Of a DNA stretch of 64,000 nucleotides, positions 52,351-62,990 are shown one piece after another; the first letter of the stretch is position 1; each line of letters opens with the position of its first letter. The notes under the pieces are model-generated. The model was given only the letters and a program-made list of their open reading frames with translations, made no database searches and was not told the origin of the DNA. The stretch covers positions 2,272,001 through 2,336,000 of the forward strand of contig OZ245003.1 of the NCBI GenBank assembly GCA_965223425.1, read 5' to 3'. The stretch is from Nitrosopumilus sp. (GTDB lineage: Archaea > Thermoproteota > Nitrososphaeria > Nitrososphaerales > Nitrosopumilaceae). A program made the translations under genes and the position numbers.

Positions 52351-53854
52351 GTGGCGGTTCATATTTTCCTGAGTTTTGTAGAGGAGAATCTTAATCTTGT
52401 AAACATGTTCCGAGCTCAGGCAAAAAACAGTAAGATAGATTTAGAATTTGCAGACTATTCCATCAAAGAACCAATCGATAGTGAAAATGCCCCATACATA
52501 AAACGGCAGATAAAAGAGAAGATCAGACAGAGTTCCATCATAATATGTTTAATTGGAGATTCAACCCATGATATAGTCTCGAGCAAAAGTTCTTGAGATC
52601 AAATATGTTAGACAGAAATACATTTTGATCACGCCGCACCACGCATTGCAATGCCCACAGTAAAATCCGAAGACCTGAAGAAAGCGTACAAGAGGGAGAA
52701 GAACCCTCGTGTCAAGATCAGAATGGCGGCCGTAAACATGGTGTGCATGAACAATGAAAGCATTCAACATGTGGCAGACTCGCTCATGCAGTGCCCCAAC
52801 TGGGTGTCCTTCTGGGTGGAACGTTTCAAGGAGGAGAAGGGCGGCATAGACGCCCTCCGGGATCTTCCAAAGACAGGCAGGCCGCCAAAGGTTCGGTTGG
52901 ACAAGATTGCAAGGGTTGTATCAGATGCAAACAGCAGCGGCATTATTACGCCAAAAAGACTCAAAAGCGACATACAAAAAAGATTCAAAGTAAAATACCA
53001 CATAACCAGCATCAGAAAGATAATGCACAAGCTTGGAATGTCTGCCAAGACGGCTCAGCGCATCCACATCAGCAGGGCAGAAATTGACAAAATCAAAAGG
53101 TGGCAACACAATGCAAAAAGGCGGATTTCACGCCTGGAATTGAAGGGTTTTACAACTGTCGTTTTTGACGAATCGATATTCATCGACGATCCTGCAAGTG
53201 GCGCAAAGTACTGGTCACCAAAAGGGGAGCCAATCACAACGACATACAAGGGACGGCACGGCAGGGTGGTGGCATACGGCTCCATTGCGACAGACGGCAG
53301 GCAGTTCTTTAGGACATATGACAGGTTTGACAAGGAGACGGTTCTGCAATACATCAAGGAGATGACAAGTCATTTTGGCAAGGTGACAATCATCATGGAC
53401 AACGCGCCGCAGCACAAGGCAAGGATTGTAAAAGAGTTTCTTGCAGGCAACCCCGATGTCAGGACAATATGGCTTCCGACTGCAACGCCTGAGCTCAGTG
53501 TAGTTGAGGAGTACTGGCATCAGGCAAAACGGGACGTGTCGGTATCTGAATATTACGCTACGGTTGTGCACATGCGCCATGCAATGTCAGAATATTTCAG
53601 GACAGCCCGTCCCAAGCTTGATGCGATGAAGTTTATCTGTAGAAGGTCGCTCACTCTCAAAAACTTTTGATTGACACTATAGCTCTTGGGTGGAATGGGA
53701 ATTAGAAACCGGTCACGATCTGGACAAATGCCTCATAGGAGTAAGACTGCATTCTGACAATGATGATATCGAACCACAACCATTAATTGATCATTCTGCT
53801 GATATAGTTGACTGGAATATTGACGACATTATCACTGCAATCGAAAATTGCTAA
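52351..53854 (+). pseudogene. ThsB-like TIR domain protein (DUF1863-type) split by IS630
   Basis: Removing the IS and one TA gives 131 aa: MAVHIFLSF...FADYSIKEPIDSENAPYIKRQIKEKIRQSSIIICLIGDSTHD-SSWVEWELETGHDLDKCLIGVRL...IVDWNIDDIITAIENC*. The catalytic WE glutamate is present. Confidence 0.88.
52574..53679 (+). mobile_element. IS630-family element, copy A2 (transposase 52651-53670)
   Basis: Same 1106-bp element as 20745-21850; TA duplicated at 52572-52573 and 53680-53681. Confidence 0.95.
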
Positions 53855-53863
53855 TGTTTACTC

Positions 53864-54286
53864 ATGAACGAACAAGATTTTTCTGATTTCGTAAAAAATA
53901 GATATGAGGATCAATTGCAGTGGTATGACCAAAAGTCTATCACCTGCAAACGCAACCATGATGTTTTACAAACAATCATAATTTTTTGTTCTTCACTCAC
54001 ACCAGTTTTGATACTGATATTAGAACCAGACTGGAAGATATTGGCAGTGTTCACATCAATGATTGTTGCAATATCCACAGGTTTAATTGCAACATTTAAG
54101 ATTCGTGAAAAGTGGATAAACTATAGAATAACAGCAGAATCTATGCGCAAAGAATATTCACATTACAAGACTGATACTGAGAAATATTCTGTTGCACAAG
54201 ACAAACAAAAACTATTTGTTGAGAGTATAGAATTTTTGCTTGCTGGTGAAGTTACAAACTGGCAGAATATACAGAAAAAGAAATAA
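53864..54286 (+). CDS. SLATT (DUF4231-like) two-TM effector
   Basis: RYEDQLQWYDQKS, two TM helices, REKWINYRITAESMRKE...LFVESIEFLLAGE..W. Confidence 0.85.
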   Translation: MNEQDFSDFVKNRYEDQLQWYDQKSITCKRNHDVLQTIIIFCSSLTPVLILILEPDWKILAVFTSMIVAISTGLIATFKIREKWINYRITAESMRKEYSHYKTDTEKYSVAQDKQKLFVESIEFLLAGEVTNWQNIQKKK

Positions 54287-54309
54287 CATAGATCGTACCA
54301 AATACAAGT

Positions 54310-54519
54310 ATGTCTTCAAAAATACAAAAATATGTAAAGAAACCCATCCCAATCGAGGCAGTGCAGCTAGAAAAAGTCAAGACAATAAAAACATTGGAAG
54401 GGACAATGAAAGGTAAAAAGGGAGATTATCTGGTAACTGGTATTCGTGGTGAAAAGTACATCGTCAAACGAGATATTTTTGAGGAAATGTATGTTTTATT
54501 TCAGACGAAGGAAACCTAA
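54310..54519 (+). CDS. PGDYG-like small beta protein
   Basis: KYVKKPIPIEAVQ...IKTLEGTMKGKKGDYLVTGIRGEKYIVKRDIFEEMY. Confidence 0.78.
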   Translation: MSSKIQKYVKKPIPIEAVQLEKVKTIKTLEGTMKGKKGDYLVTGIRGEKYIVKRDIFEEMYVLFQTKET

Positions 54520-54817
54520 CAGCTGTTATTATTGGTATCATTGGTATTGTCATAGGATCCTTATTTCTCAAATCGTAAAAGAGTGTAAAGTTTAATACGT
54601 CCGTTCTGACGTACATTAGTCAAACAGTTTACATTGTTCCAAACTCGGGATATTTAACCGGACTGTTCAATTCGGGACATGGAAATTTAGAACTCATATG
54701 GCTGTTCAATTTGGAACTTAACTGGTTAAAACACTGTATAATAAAAGAATTCAAAAGATAATTACATGGTTCAAAATTCGGGTTTTCAACATATGTTAAA
54801 TTCTAGTAATGGAGCGG

Positions 54818-55117
54818 TCAATCAATGTAATAAGATATTTCAAATTTTCTGTCTCCGAGCGGCTCAAGATTTAGTTTGTGTGGGTGTTCTTTTTCCCAAC
54901 GATTCAGTCCTAGTTCTATAATCCACCTAGTGATTTGCTTTCCTCTCAACTCAGGACATGTTTTCCAAAAAGAATCGGTCAAAGTAATTGGAACGAAAGA
55001 TGTTTTTTCTCCAAGTTTTACAGACACTACTTTCCATGAGGGATGAAATTTTCTCATGTCTGTTTTATCTACATACAATCTGTAGCTTGAGCCCACTCTT
55101 TGAGTCGTTAGAACCAA
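54818..55117 (-). CDS. Small hypothetical protein
   Basis: SFWKTCPELRGKQITRWI...W..EHP.KL.LEPLG; start uncertain. Confidence 0.6.
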   Translation of the reverse strand: MVLTTQRVGSSYRLYVDKTDMRKFHPSWKVVSVKLGEKTSFVPITLTDSFWKTCPELRGKQITRWIIELGLNRWEKEHPHKLNLEPLGDRKFEISYYID

Positions 55118-55162
55118 TAAGAAAGTTAATTTGGAATTCTATTTAGACCTTGACGTAACTAT

Positions 55163-56383
55163 AGATTGTTGCATAACACGCCTAAAATCTACCACGCAGT
55201 TTAAACTGACCAACAAATACACATGTTTCTGACCGAAAAAGCTTTAGATCATGACGGCATGCTCAAAGTGTTGACCGATAATGCAAAGTACGTCCGGCGT
55301 GGTGCAGAGCTGGTAGTGCAGTACAATCCCGACTGGAGCTGCGAGGTAGGGCAGGCCAACTGCGGCAAGGAGGAGGGGGGCACCGTTCCAGTATGCAGAC
55401 ACCATGATCATATGACAGCCGCACTGAGAACCGCCCTCGGCGTTCCATTCAGGCAGCTGTCCGGGATGGCAGATAAGATGCTTGAGGGACACGACTCGCC
55501 GCACTATACCACGCTGTGCAGAAGAATGGAGAAATTTGACATTAGCATTCACGGCAACGCCATATACGTTCATGATACATCCCGGCACGTAACCCCGGTG
55601 GCCGATGCCACCGGACTCTGACAGTGGAACCGCGGAGAACGGATACGCGACAAGTGGAAGGCGGTGGTGGTGACGCGCAAGGGATATGTCAAGATGCACC
55701 TGCCGGCAGATGCGGACACCGGCATGATACTTGCTGCAGTAGTCACAGACGACAGAACCGGCGACTCGCCGGTACTGCAGGATCTGCTGGATCAGGCAGT
55801 GGCAGAGCCGCTTGCCAAGGCCTGGAAGGACGATGCGAGAAAGAGGCCAAACATGCTTGCAGACGGAGTCTCTCCGCTTGCCGGTTCGGCAGGCGGCAAG
55901 GAGGAGGAAGAAAAGGATGCACCGGGCGCCAGCCTGCTTGCAGACGGCGCATATGCATCCAAGAAAAACATGAATGCGTGCAGGAAGAAGGGCATCAAGC
56001 CGCTTGTGCCCCTCAAACCGTGCCTTGCTGAGAGCGGCAGGGGCGATGACGGCAAGGAGTGGAACCTGGCCGTGAAAGAGCAGCTGGGAGGCAGCGCAGG
56101 CATGCACGTCAAGGGACTGACAGTGGAACAGAAAAAGGAGAACAGAAGATGCTGGAAGTCTACTGTAGGGTACGGCAAAAGGTGGAGAATAGGGGCAATC
56201 ATCTCCGCATTCAAGCGGATGTTCGGAGAGCATCTGCTCTCACGCAAGTGGGAGAGCATGGTAAGAGAGGCAAGGGTGAGGATTGCCATGTACAACCGGT
56301 GGGTGGCAGCAGCAATGTAGGGGAGCAGGTGCATGGATCCTGGGATGAACGGGATGTGGTCAGGCCGAGTTATGCAACACACT
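55163..56383 (+). mobile_element. IS5-family (IS903-like) element copy 2, degenerate
   Basis: Inverted homolog of 33780-34992 with the same TIRs; nonsense TGA at 55619-55621 plus a frameshift. Confidence 0.87.
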
Positions 56384-57284
56384 ATAGGATGGAACTTGGA
56401 AGTGTTAAACCGTTTGGAGTGCGCCGCAAGGCGAAATATTCAGGTGGTGGCAGCTTGATGTGAATTTGGCGACAACCCCTACTCATGGTGTGCCTTGACT
56501 TTACATTCAGGGACATGGAGAATCTTGCAGCTCTGCTGAGGATGCCGTGGAACGAACCCCTGCCGGATCACAGCACCATTGCCAAGTTCATGCAAAAGAT
56601 TCCTGCTGCGTGGCTTGAGGACACGGTTGCCGTCACGGCAGCATCGTGCCTTGCAGGATTTGACGTCTCTGATCTTGCGCCGGCATCAGACAGCAGCGGC
56701 GTTGCCACTGACAGGTATGAAAGAGTGCAAAAAAAGGCCAAAAACAGGCACAAACCGGAGGCAAAGCGTCAAAAGAAGTATCTGAAATGGCACGTGGCCT
56801 CGGTACTGGGCCTGCAGGTCATACTCTCCTGCCGCATCACATCCAACAGGATGGCAGACACTGCAGTTTTGCCTCGCTGCTAAGGAAGATCAAAAAGACA
56901 GGCATTGCCTTTGCAGGCAGGTTCAACGCAGACAGGGGGTATGATTCTGATAGGAACTGCAGGCTTGTCTTTGGTGCCGGCATGACCCCGAACATAAAGC
57001 AGAGGGGCAATGCCGTGAACAGGACAAAAAAGTTCAGGAAAAAGGCCGCAGGGCTGTTTGACGGGGAGATCTACAAAAAACGAGGCATGATAGAGGGAAT
57101 ATTTGGAGCAGAGGAGACAGAGGGCCACAGGTTGCTGTGCAGGTTCAGAAAGACATCCACAAGAAGGCGGTTTGGACTGTGCAAGGCCATAGGATGGAAC
57201 TTGGAAGTGTTAAACCGTTTGGAGTGCGCCGCAAGGCGAAATATTCAGGTGGTGGCAGCTTGATGTGAATTTGGCGACAACCCC
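56384..57284 (+). mobile_element. Truncated IS5-family elements: orphan right end (56384-56479) inside a 5'-truncated sibling (56480-57284)
   Basis: 96-bp direct repeat 56384-56479 = 57189-57284 ending GGCGACAACCCC. Motifs PDHSTI, DSSG, KWH, NADRGYD, YKKRGMIEGIFG; frameshift near 56875. Confidence 0.78.
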
Positions 57285-57939
57285 GGGACTTCCTACAGAT
57301 AAACTTCATTGCATCAAGCTTGGGACGAGCTGTCCTGAAATATTCTGACATTGCATGGCGCATGTGCACAACCGTAGCGTAATATTCAGATACCAGCACG
57401 CCCCGTTTTGCCTGATGCCAGTACTCCTCTGTAACGCTGAGCTCGGGAGTTGCAGTCGGAAGCCATATGACCTTGACGTTCTTGTTTCCCTTTAGGAATT
57501 TGCTTACAATTATTCCCTTGTGCTGCGGCGCGTTGTCCATTATTATGGCCACCTTTCCAAAATGCCTTGCCAATTCCTTCAAGTATTGCAGTACGGTCTC
57601 CTTGTCGAATTTGTCGTACGTCCGGAAGAACTGCCTGCCGTCAATCCCGATGGAGCCATACGCCACAACCCTGCCGTGCCGTCCCTTGTACGTCGTTATG
57701 ATCGGCTGGCCCTCAGGCGACCAGTACTTTGCGCCGGATGTCGGGTCGTCGATGAAGATGGCCTCGTCAAATACCACGACGGCAAAACCCAGTTTTTTCA
57801 GGCGTGAAATCTGCCTTTTTGCGCTGCGCTGCCATTTTTTGATCTCGTCGATCTCTGCCCTGTTGATGTGGATTCGCCGTACCGTCTTGGCAGTCAGGCC
57901 GAGTTTGCGCATTATCTTTCTGACGTTTGTGATGTGATA
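57285..57939 (-). pseudogene. IS630 transposase B fragment (both ends lost to other IS)
   Basis: FDEAIF, MDNAPQH, PELSVTEEYW; close relative of IS630-A. Confidence 0.85.
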
Positions 57940-58546
57940 TAGTGTCAAGCAAAAGTTCTTGAATGATCAAATTTGCCAAGCAGGAACATATTTTGATCCC
58001 CGCAACCTAGTTGAGGCATGCCTCCAACATTAACATCGGAAGATCTCAGGAAGACGTACAAAAACGAGAAGGATCTCAGAATAAGAAGCAGGATACTGGC
58101 AGTAAACATGGTGTGCGTGCAGGGTGCAAGCGTCCACAGATTACCGCCGACTTTCTGCTGCAGAGCGCAGGATGGGTATCTTATTGGGTAGATCGCTTTG
58201 AGAAGGGCGGAATAGATGCCCTTCGGGATCTTCCCAGAACAGGCAGACCGCCCAAGATTGAACAAAAAAAGATCAACAAGATAATATCGTCCCGTCCGGG
58301 CAACAGAACCACACCCAAGATGCTCCGCAACGACATACGAAAGAAGCATCATATCACATACCACATTACGTCTGTCCGAAGAATATTGAAAAGGATGAAC
58401 ATGTCTGTCAAGAGGACACAGACGGTTCATGCAAACAGGGCAAGCACAAAAAAGATCCGCAGCTGGCAAAAACGCATAAAAAACAAGATTCCACGCCTGA
58501 ATCGGGAGGGGTTTGTAACTGTGATACAGGACGAGGCCATCTACGT

Positions 58547-59915
58547 CAGTAGTTCCCAGATGTAGATTTACCGCAACCGCAACTGGCATCGGTTCTACTT
58601 GCCTCGATCATTGACAAACAACTCGTTTCTGCTTGTAATGTACACGATAAACAACGCCATGGTGAGTTTTTTTCCCGCAGAAGACGCTCTTCCGTGCCTC
58701 TTTCCCGCATCAAGGCAGAACCTGGCAATCCTCCACAGGTTGTACAGCAGCAGCGGCAGGTAAAACATCAGCAGCCTCACAGACAGGGAGTTGCTGCATG
58801 TCCTGCCCATGATCTCCTTTATGACGCGAAACCCCGTCTCGATGCCCCATCTCTTGCGGTACTGCTCCGGTATGATGCCTGTCATGGCTCTGGCGCTCCT
58901 GATGGGAATGTTTGTTGCAAACGCAATGTATTGCTCCTCCCCCTCCTCTTCCCCCTCCCCCTTTTTCTTCTTCTTCCTGTCTCTTTTGACAATTACAAGG
59001 TTGTAGGTCACAGTTACGCCGTCTTTGTTGGTCATTGACTGCTGCGATACCTGGCTTGCCTTTCCGTCCTTGTACATCTTGACTATCCTCTTGATCTTGG
59101 AGTTCATGATGACAGGCATAATGTAGCGGCACCCGCCCTTTCCTGCCTCTGTCATGCAGTCAACGTTGTAAAAGGCGCGGTCGTACAGGAACACAGTCTT
59201 TGAGTGTGCGCCCCCTCTGAGGATTTTCGTGCGTGTTTTGGCTATAAAATCGGCCAGTTTTTCCTTTGCCGGTAGTAGCTTCGATTCCAGGACAATCTGC
59301 GAGGAGTCCCTGCCGACTCCGTGCACTGCGACATACGAGAGAAACGTGGATGTTCCTGCCCTTGGACGCGACTTTCTTGTATGCTCCTGCAGCTGCTCCC
59401 CATGGTATGGTATGTCCGTAACGTCTATTGCAATGGCGTCGATGTCCTGCAGCATTCCTGCACGGCAGGCGTGCCGCACCGTGCGTGCCAGCGTCCTTGC
59501 ACACCAGGCCTGCACGTCTGCCGGTTCGACGCCACGGACTGCAGACATGACCAGGTCTGCATCAGGCGTACGTGCACCCGTGTCTTGAAGCCTGTTGTGC
59601 CGCACGAGGGATTCTACAAACGTGTTTCTCTCAGACGCCTTGATTAGCACGTCCAGTATGTCATTGCATCCGTATACGGCGTTGTGCCTCTCAGACATTG
59701 GCATGCCAAGCTTTTGAAACGACGAGCGCAAGATTTTAAACCGGTTTGATGTTATATTGTACTGGCGTGCGATCAGTTCGTCATGTAATTCGACTTTCAT
59801 GACATATTGCACGCCGTAGCCTAATCTGGATCTTTGCATTGCAGTTATGCGGTAACGCACCGGCATCTGGGCATAAACCTACATCTGGGCACAAATCTAC
59901 ATCTGGGAACTACTG
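58547..59915 (-). mobile_element. ISH3-family element A, copy 2 (transposase 58595-59839)
   Basis: Same 23-bp TIR; 4-bp TSD ACGT at 58543-58546 and 59916-59919. Confidence 0.93.
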
Positions 59916-59949
59916 ACGTGCACGAGAATGCGGCAGGCCGAAAGTACTG

Positions 59950-61091
59950 TAGTTAGCACATTAAATAATTGAACATTTTCACAGGCAGGATCTCCTTTCT
60001 GGCAAACAGCTTGCGTACTGACTGCTCCATCTCATCTAGCGTGCCAAACACTTTTGCAGACAGTACCCGTTTTATCACCCTCCACTGCATCTCAATGGGA
60101 TTAAGCTCCGGCGTGTACGGCAGCAGGTACTCCAGAACTATCTCGCCGTTGTATCTTTCCAGAAACTCCTTTACCTTTTTGGATTTGTGATATGACGCAT
60201 TGTCTACAAACAGCAGCACCTTGCCGAATCTTTTGTGAACCCGTTCCAAAAAGTTGCAAAAGCTGTCGCTGTTTGACTTTTCATAAAACATAAAGTAAAA
60301 TGCGTTTGCCGCCAAAGCTCCAAAGATGTATCTTCTTTCGCGTGACAAAACAGAGGGGGATGTGGCGCGCTTGCCGCGCCTTCTCCACCCGTAGCCGGGC
60401 CTGTTTGATGCCTTTTGAATCGAGGATGCATCGCCGGCCAGTACGGTGTATCCCTGCGCCGACTTTTCTGCAACGAGTTTTTTTGCCCGCTCCTGAAACT
60501 CTTTTTGCTTTCTTTTTGAGGCTGATCTTGGGTTTTTTGGACGCGCCTTGCTCCACGAAAAGCCCATCTCCCTGACCAGCTGCAGCGCGCCTGTCTTGCT
60601 GTACTGCACGCCGAACTTTTTCTTGATGTGCAGCCTTACCAGGTTGGAATCCCACAGGCTGCTCTCAAAGCCGCATGATTCTGGCCCCGCATCCAGGTCT
60701 GCTGCAAGCTGTCTTGCCTGCGGCCCGCCTATCAGGTGCTTTCGTCCCCTGCCGCTGCGCTCGAACCTTGCGCGTATTCCCTCGTCCTGTGCGCGGTTGA
60801 GCCATGCAGATATGGTGGACTTGGGCCTTCCCAGCATCCTTCCAATCCTGTCTAGCGGCACGCCGTCCTTGCGCTGCATGTACGCAAGCAGCCTGTCGCG
60901 CCTTCTGGGATCGGTCTCTTTTTTGTATGCCCTTTTGAGGTCTGCAACGCTGGTGTTTGGCAGAAATTTTGCCCCCCTTGCAACCTGTCTCTTTTTTTGT
61001 TTGTACATGCAGTGTGTGCGATATGGCCGGTCTTGGATCTTTTGGCCAAAAATAATTGTCAAAATGGTTCAGGTTTTTTATGTACTTACTA
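59950..61091 (-). mobile_element. IS630 element D with intact transposase (59953-61008)
   Basis: Imperfect TIRs beginning TAGT; motifs LAGDASSI, VDNASYH, YTPELNPIE; TG duplicated at 59948-59949 and 61092-61093. Confidence 0.88.
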
Positions 61092-61778
61092 TGGTCTCCC
61101 AAGGGAGAGCCGGTGACGGTTCCGTATCGTACAAGACGCAAAAGAATAATCGCCTCAGGTGCAATATCGGCTGATGGCCGCAGGTTCTTTAGAACGTATG
61201 AGCAAAGGTTTGCCAAGGAACACTTTCTGTCGTATCTCAAGGAGCTGCAACATAACTTTGGCAGGGTGCACGTTATCATGGACTCTTCGTCTGTGCATAC
61301 TGCAAAAATAATACAAGAGCATGTCCGGAAAAGCAAGGACATCCGGGTCACGTATCTTCCCGCCGCGACGCCGGAGCTAAGCGCCATGGAGGAGTACTGG
61401 CACCAGTCAAAGCACGATGTACTGGTGTCTGAATATTATGCAACAGTTGGGGCGATGAGACAGACGCTTTCAGAGTATCTGAGGACGCATTGCACAAAGC
61501 TTGACGTGATCAAGTACGTCAAGAGAGATCCAAAAACCTTCAAGAACTTATAGTTCAAACTATAGACAACAGAAATCATGGGGTCGTACCCTCATTGATC
61601 TGTTTGCATTTTGTAGCCGGTTTGGCCTGAATTAGAGCAGACTTCGCTTAGCTGCATAGTTAGTTATATTGATATATCGTGATATTTGGTATTTGGTATT
61701 GAGTCGTTGTTGTGAAGAACCGGATGATAAAATCTGGACATTATATCTTGATTGTGCTGATCAGGTAGTGCGTGTATT

Positions 61779-62408
61779 GTGATGATGATTCCTGTATTGA
61801 TGATGACAGTAATAGCGTTGGTGTCATTACCTGCATTACAGACATCAGCAGTGCTTGATGGTGAAGATATCAAAATCAATTCATTCCATATACCGAAATG
61901 GGTCAAACATACAGCATTGATGTACGGTCAGGATTCCATAACCCAGAGTGATTTTCTTAATATGATTCAGTTCCTAGTAGCAGAACAGATAATCAAAATG
62001 CCAAACAACCACAATAACCCATCTCAAAACGATAACAGGATTGATGATTTGGTTGAAAGGCAGGATAAAATCATCACGGTATTAACAATCATGAATGACG
62101 TTAATCTAAACAATATCTCATTAAGCAATCAGCGAAATACGATTGATGATGAATGGACTGAATTCATTACCATGTACAACAAAAGAATCAGTGAGTTAAA
62201 CATTGAGATTGACTTGAACAATAAGAGAGGGGTAAATGAACAAGTGTTAGACCTGATAAATGCTGAAATAATAGAACTGGGTGCAGAATTGGACAAAAGA
62301 TATCAGAAATATGTTAAAGAGATTAATGAGTTAGAGTCACAGTATTACTACTGCATTACCTGTGGTGATATTCTTGCCAGTCTTGTTGAGGATAACAAAC
62401 AAGGGTGA
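61779..62408 (+). CDS. Secreted protein with thaumarchaeal IPxWxK-type domain and coiled coil
   Basis: Signal peptide; IPKWVKHTALMYGQDSITQSDFLNMIQFLVAEQII. Confidence 0.7.
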   Translation: MMMIPVLMMTVIALVSLPALQTSAVLDGEDIKINSFHIPKWVKHTALMYGQDSITQSDFLNMIQFLVAEQIIKMPNNHNNPSQNDNRIDDLVERQDKIITVLTIMNDVNLNNISLSNQRNTIDDEWTEFITMYNKRISELNIEIDLNNKRGVNEQVLDLINAEIIELGAELDKRYQKYVKEINELESQYYYCITCGDILASLVEDNKQG

Positions 62409-62592
62409 TAATGTAAATGGCCAAAGATGTTAGAACTGAAAAGCCTATAAGAGGATTGTGGATTTGCCTCAAAAAAGGCATGGAAAAAGTCACATGAATC
62501 TAAAGAAGAATACGACTAGATTATTCAGTGACAATTCAGAGAAGATCGGTATTTTGTGCCATGTCCCCACAAGTTAGCAGAACCTTCTAAAG

Positions 62593-62691
62593 GGCTCTGT
62601 GTGAAGTTGTCGTGGGTTAACATGTGTTAAGAGAAAATTTTCAATTCAGAGAAAACTCATATTTCATACCCAACACACGACAACTTCAACC
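62593..62691. mobile_element. MITE copy 2 (inverted relative to 33576-33671)
   Basis: GGCTCTGTGTGAAGTTGTCGTGGGTTAAC...ACACACGACAACTTCAACC; shares the core GAGTTTCTCTGAATTGAAAATTTTCTCTTAACACATGTTAAC (reverse complement) with copy 1. Confidence 0.75.
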
Positions 62692-62990
62692 TTCTTTCTT
62701 CAAGGACGCTGTATAATGAACGAAAACACAACCTGTACGCAAGAAAGCTTGGGAAGATAGGAAATCAATAACAAGACAAGCTGGAGGAGGAGAAGGAGGA
62801 GTAAGCAGAGCACGTAACGCCAGAAGTTTACATAGATGTTTGATAACCTTATCCTCTCTTGGTTTTGACATGAGGTTGCTGCAAGTCATGATCCCGGACC
62901 TGCTGATCAAAAAATGCAGTCAGGTGGTGTAAGCGATTTGATGGTGCACTAACACACCACAATGGATTTCTCAGGGAGAACCATCTAACG

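Larger units (their letters stand above)
57940..61562 (+). mobile_element. IS630 element C, interrupted twice (ISH3-A and IS630-D)
   Basis: Ends TAGTGTCAAGCAAAAGTTCTTGA / TCAAGAACTTATAGTTCAAACTA with TA flanks. Transposase pieces join as ...IQDEAIYV-HENAAGRKY-WSPKGEP...MDSSSVH...PELSAMEEYW. Confidence 0.88.
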
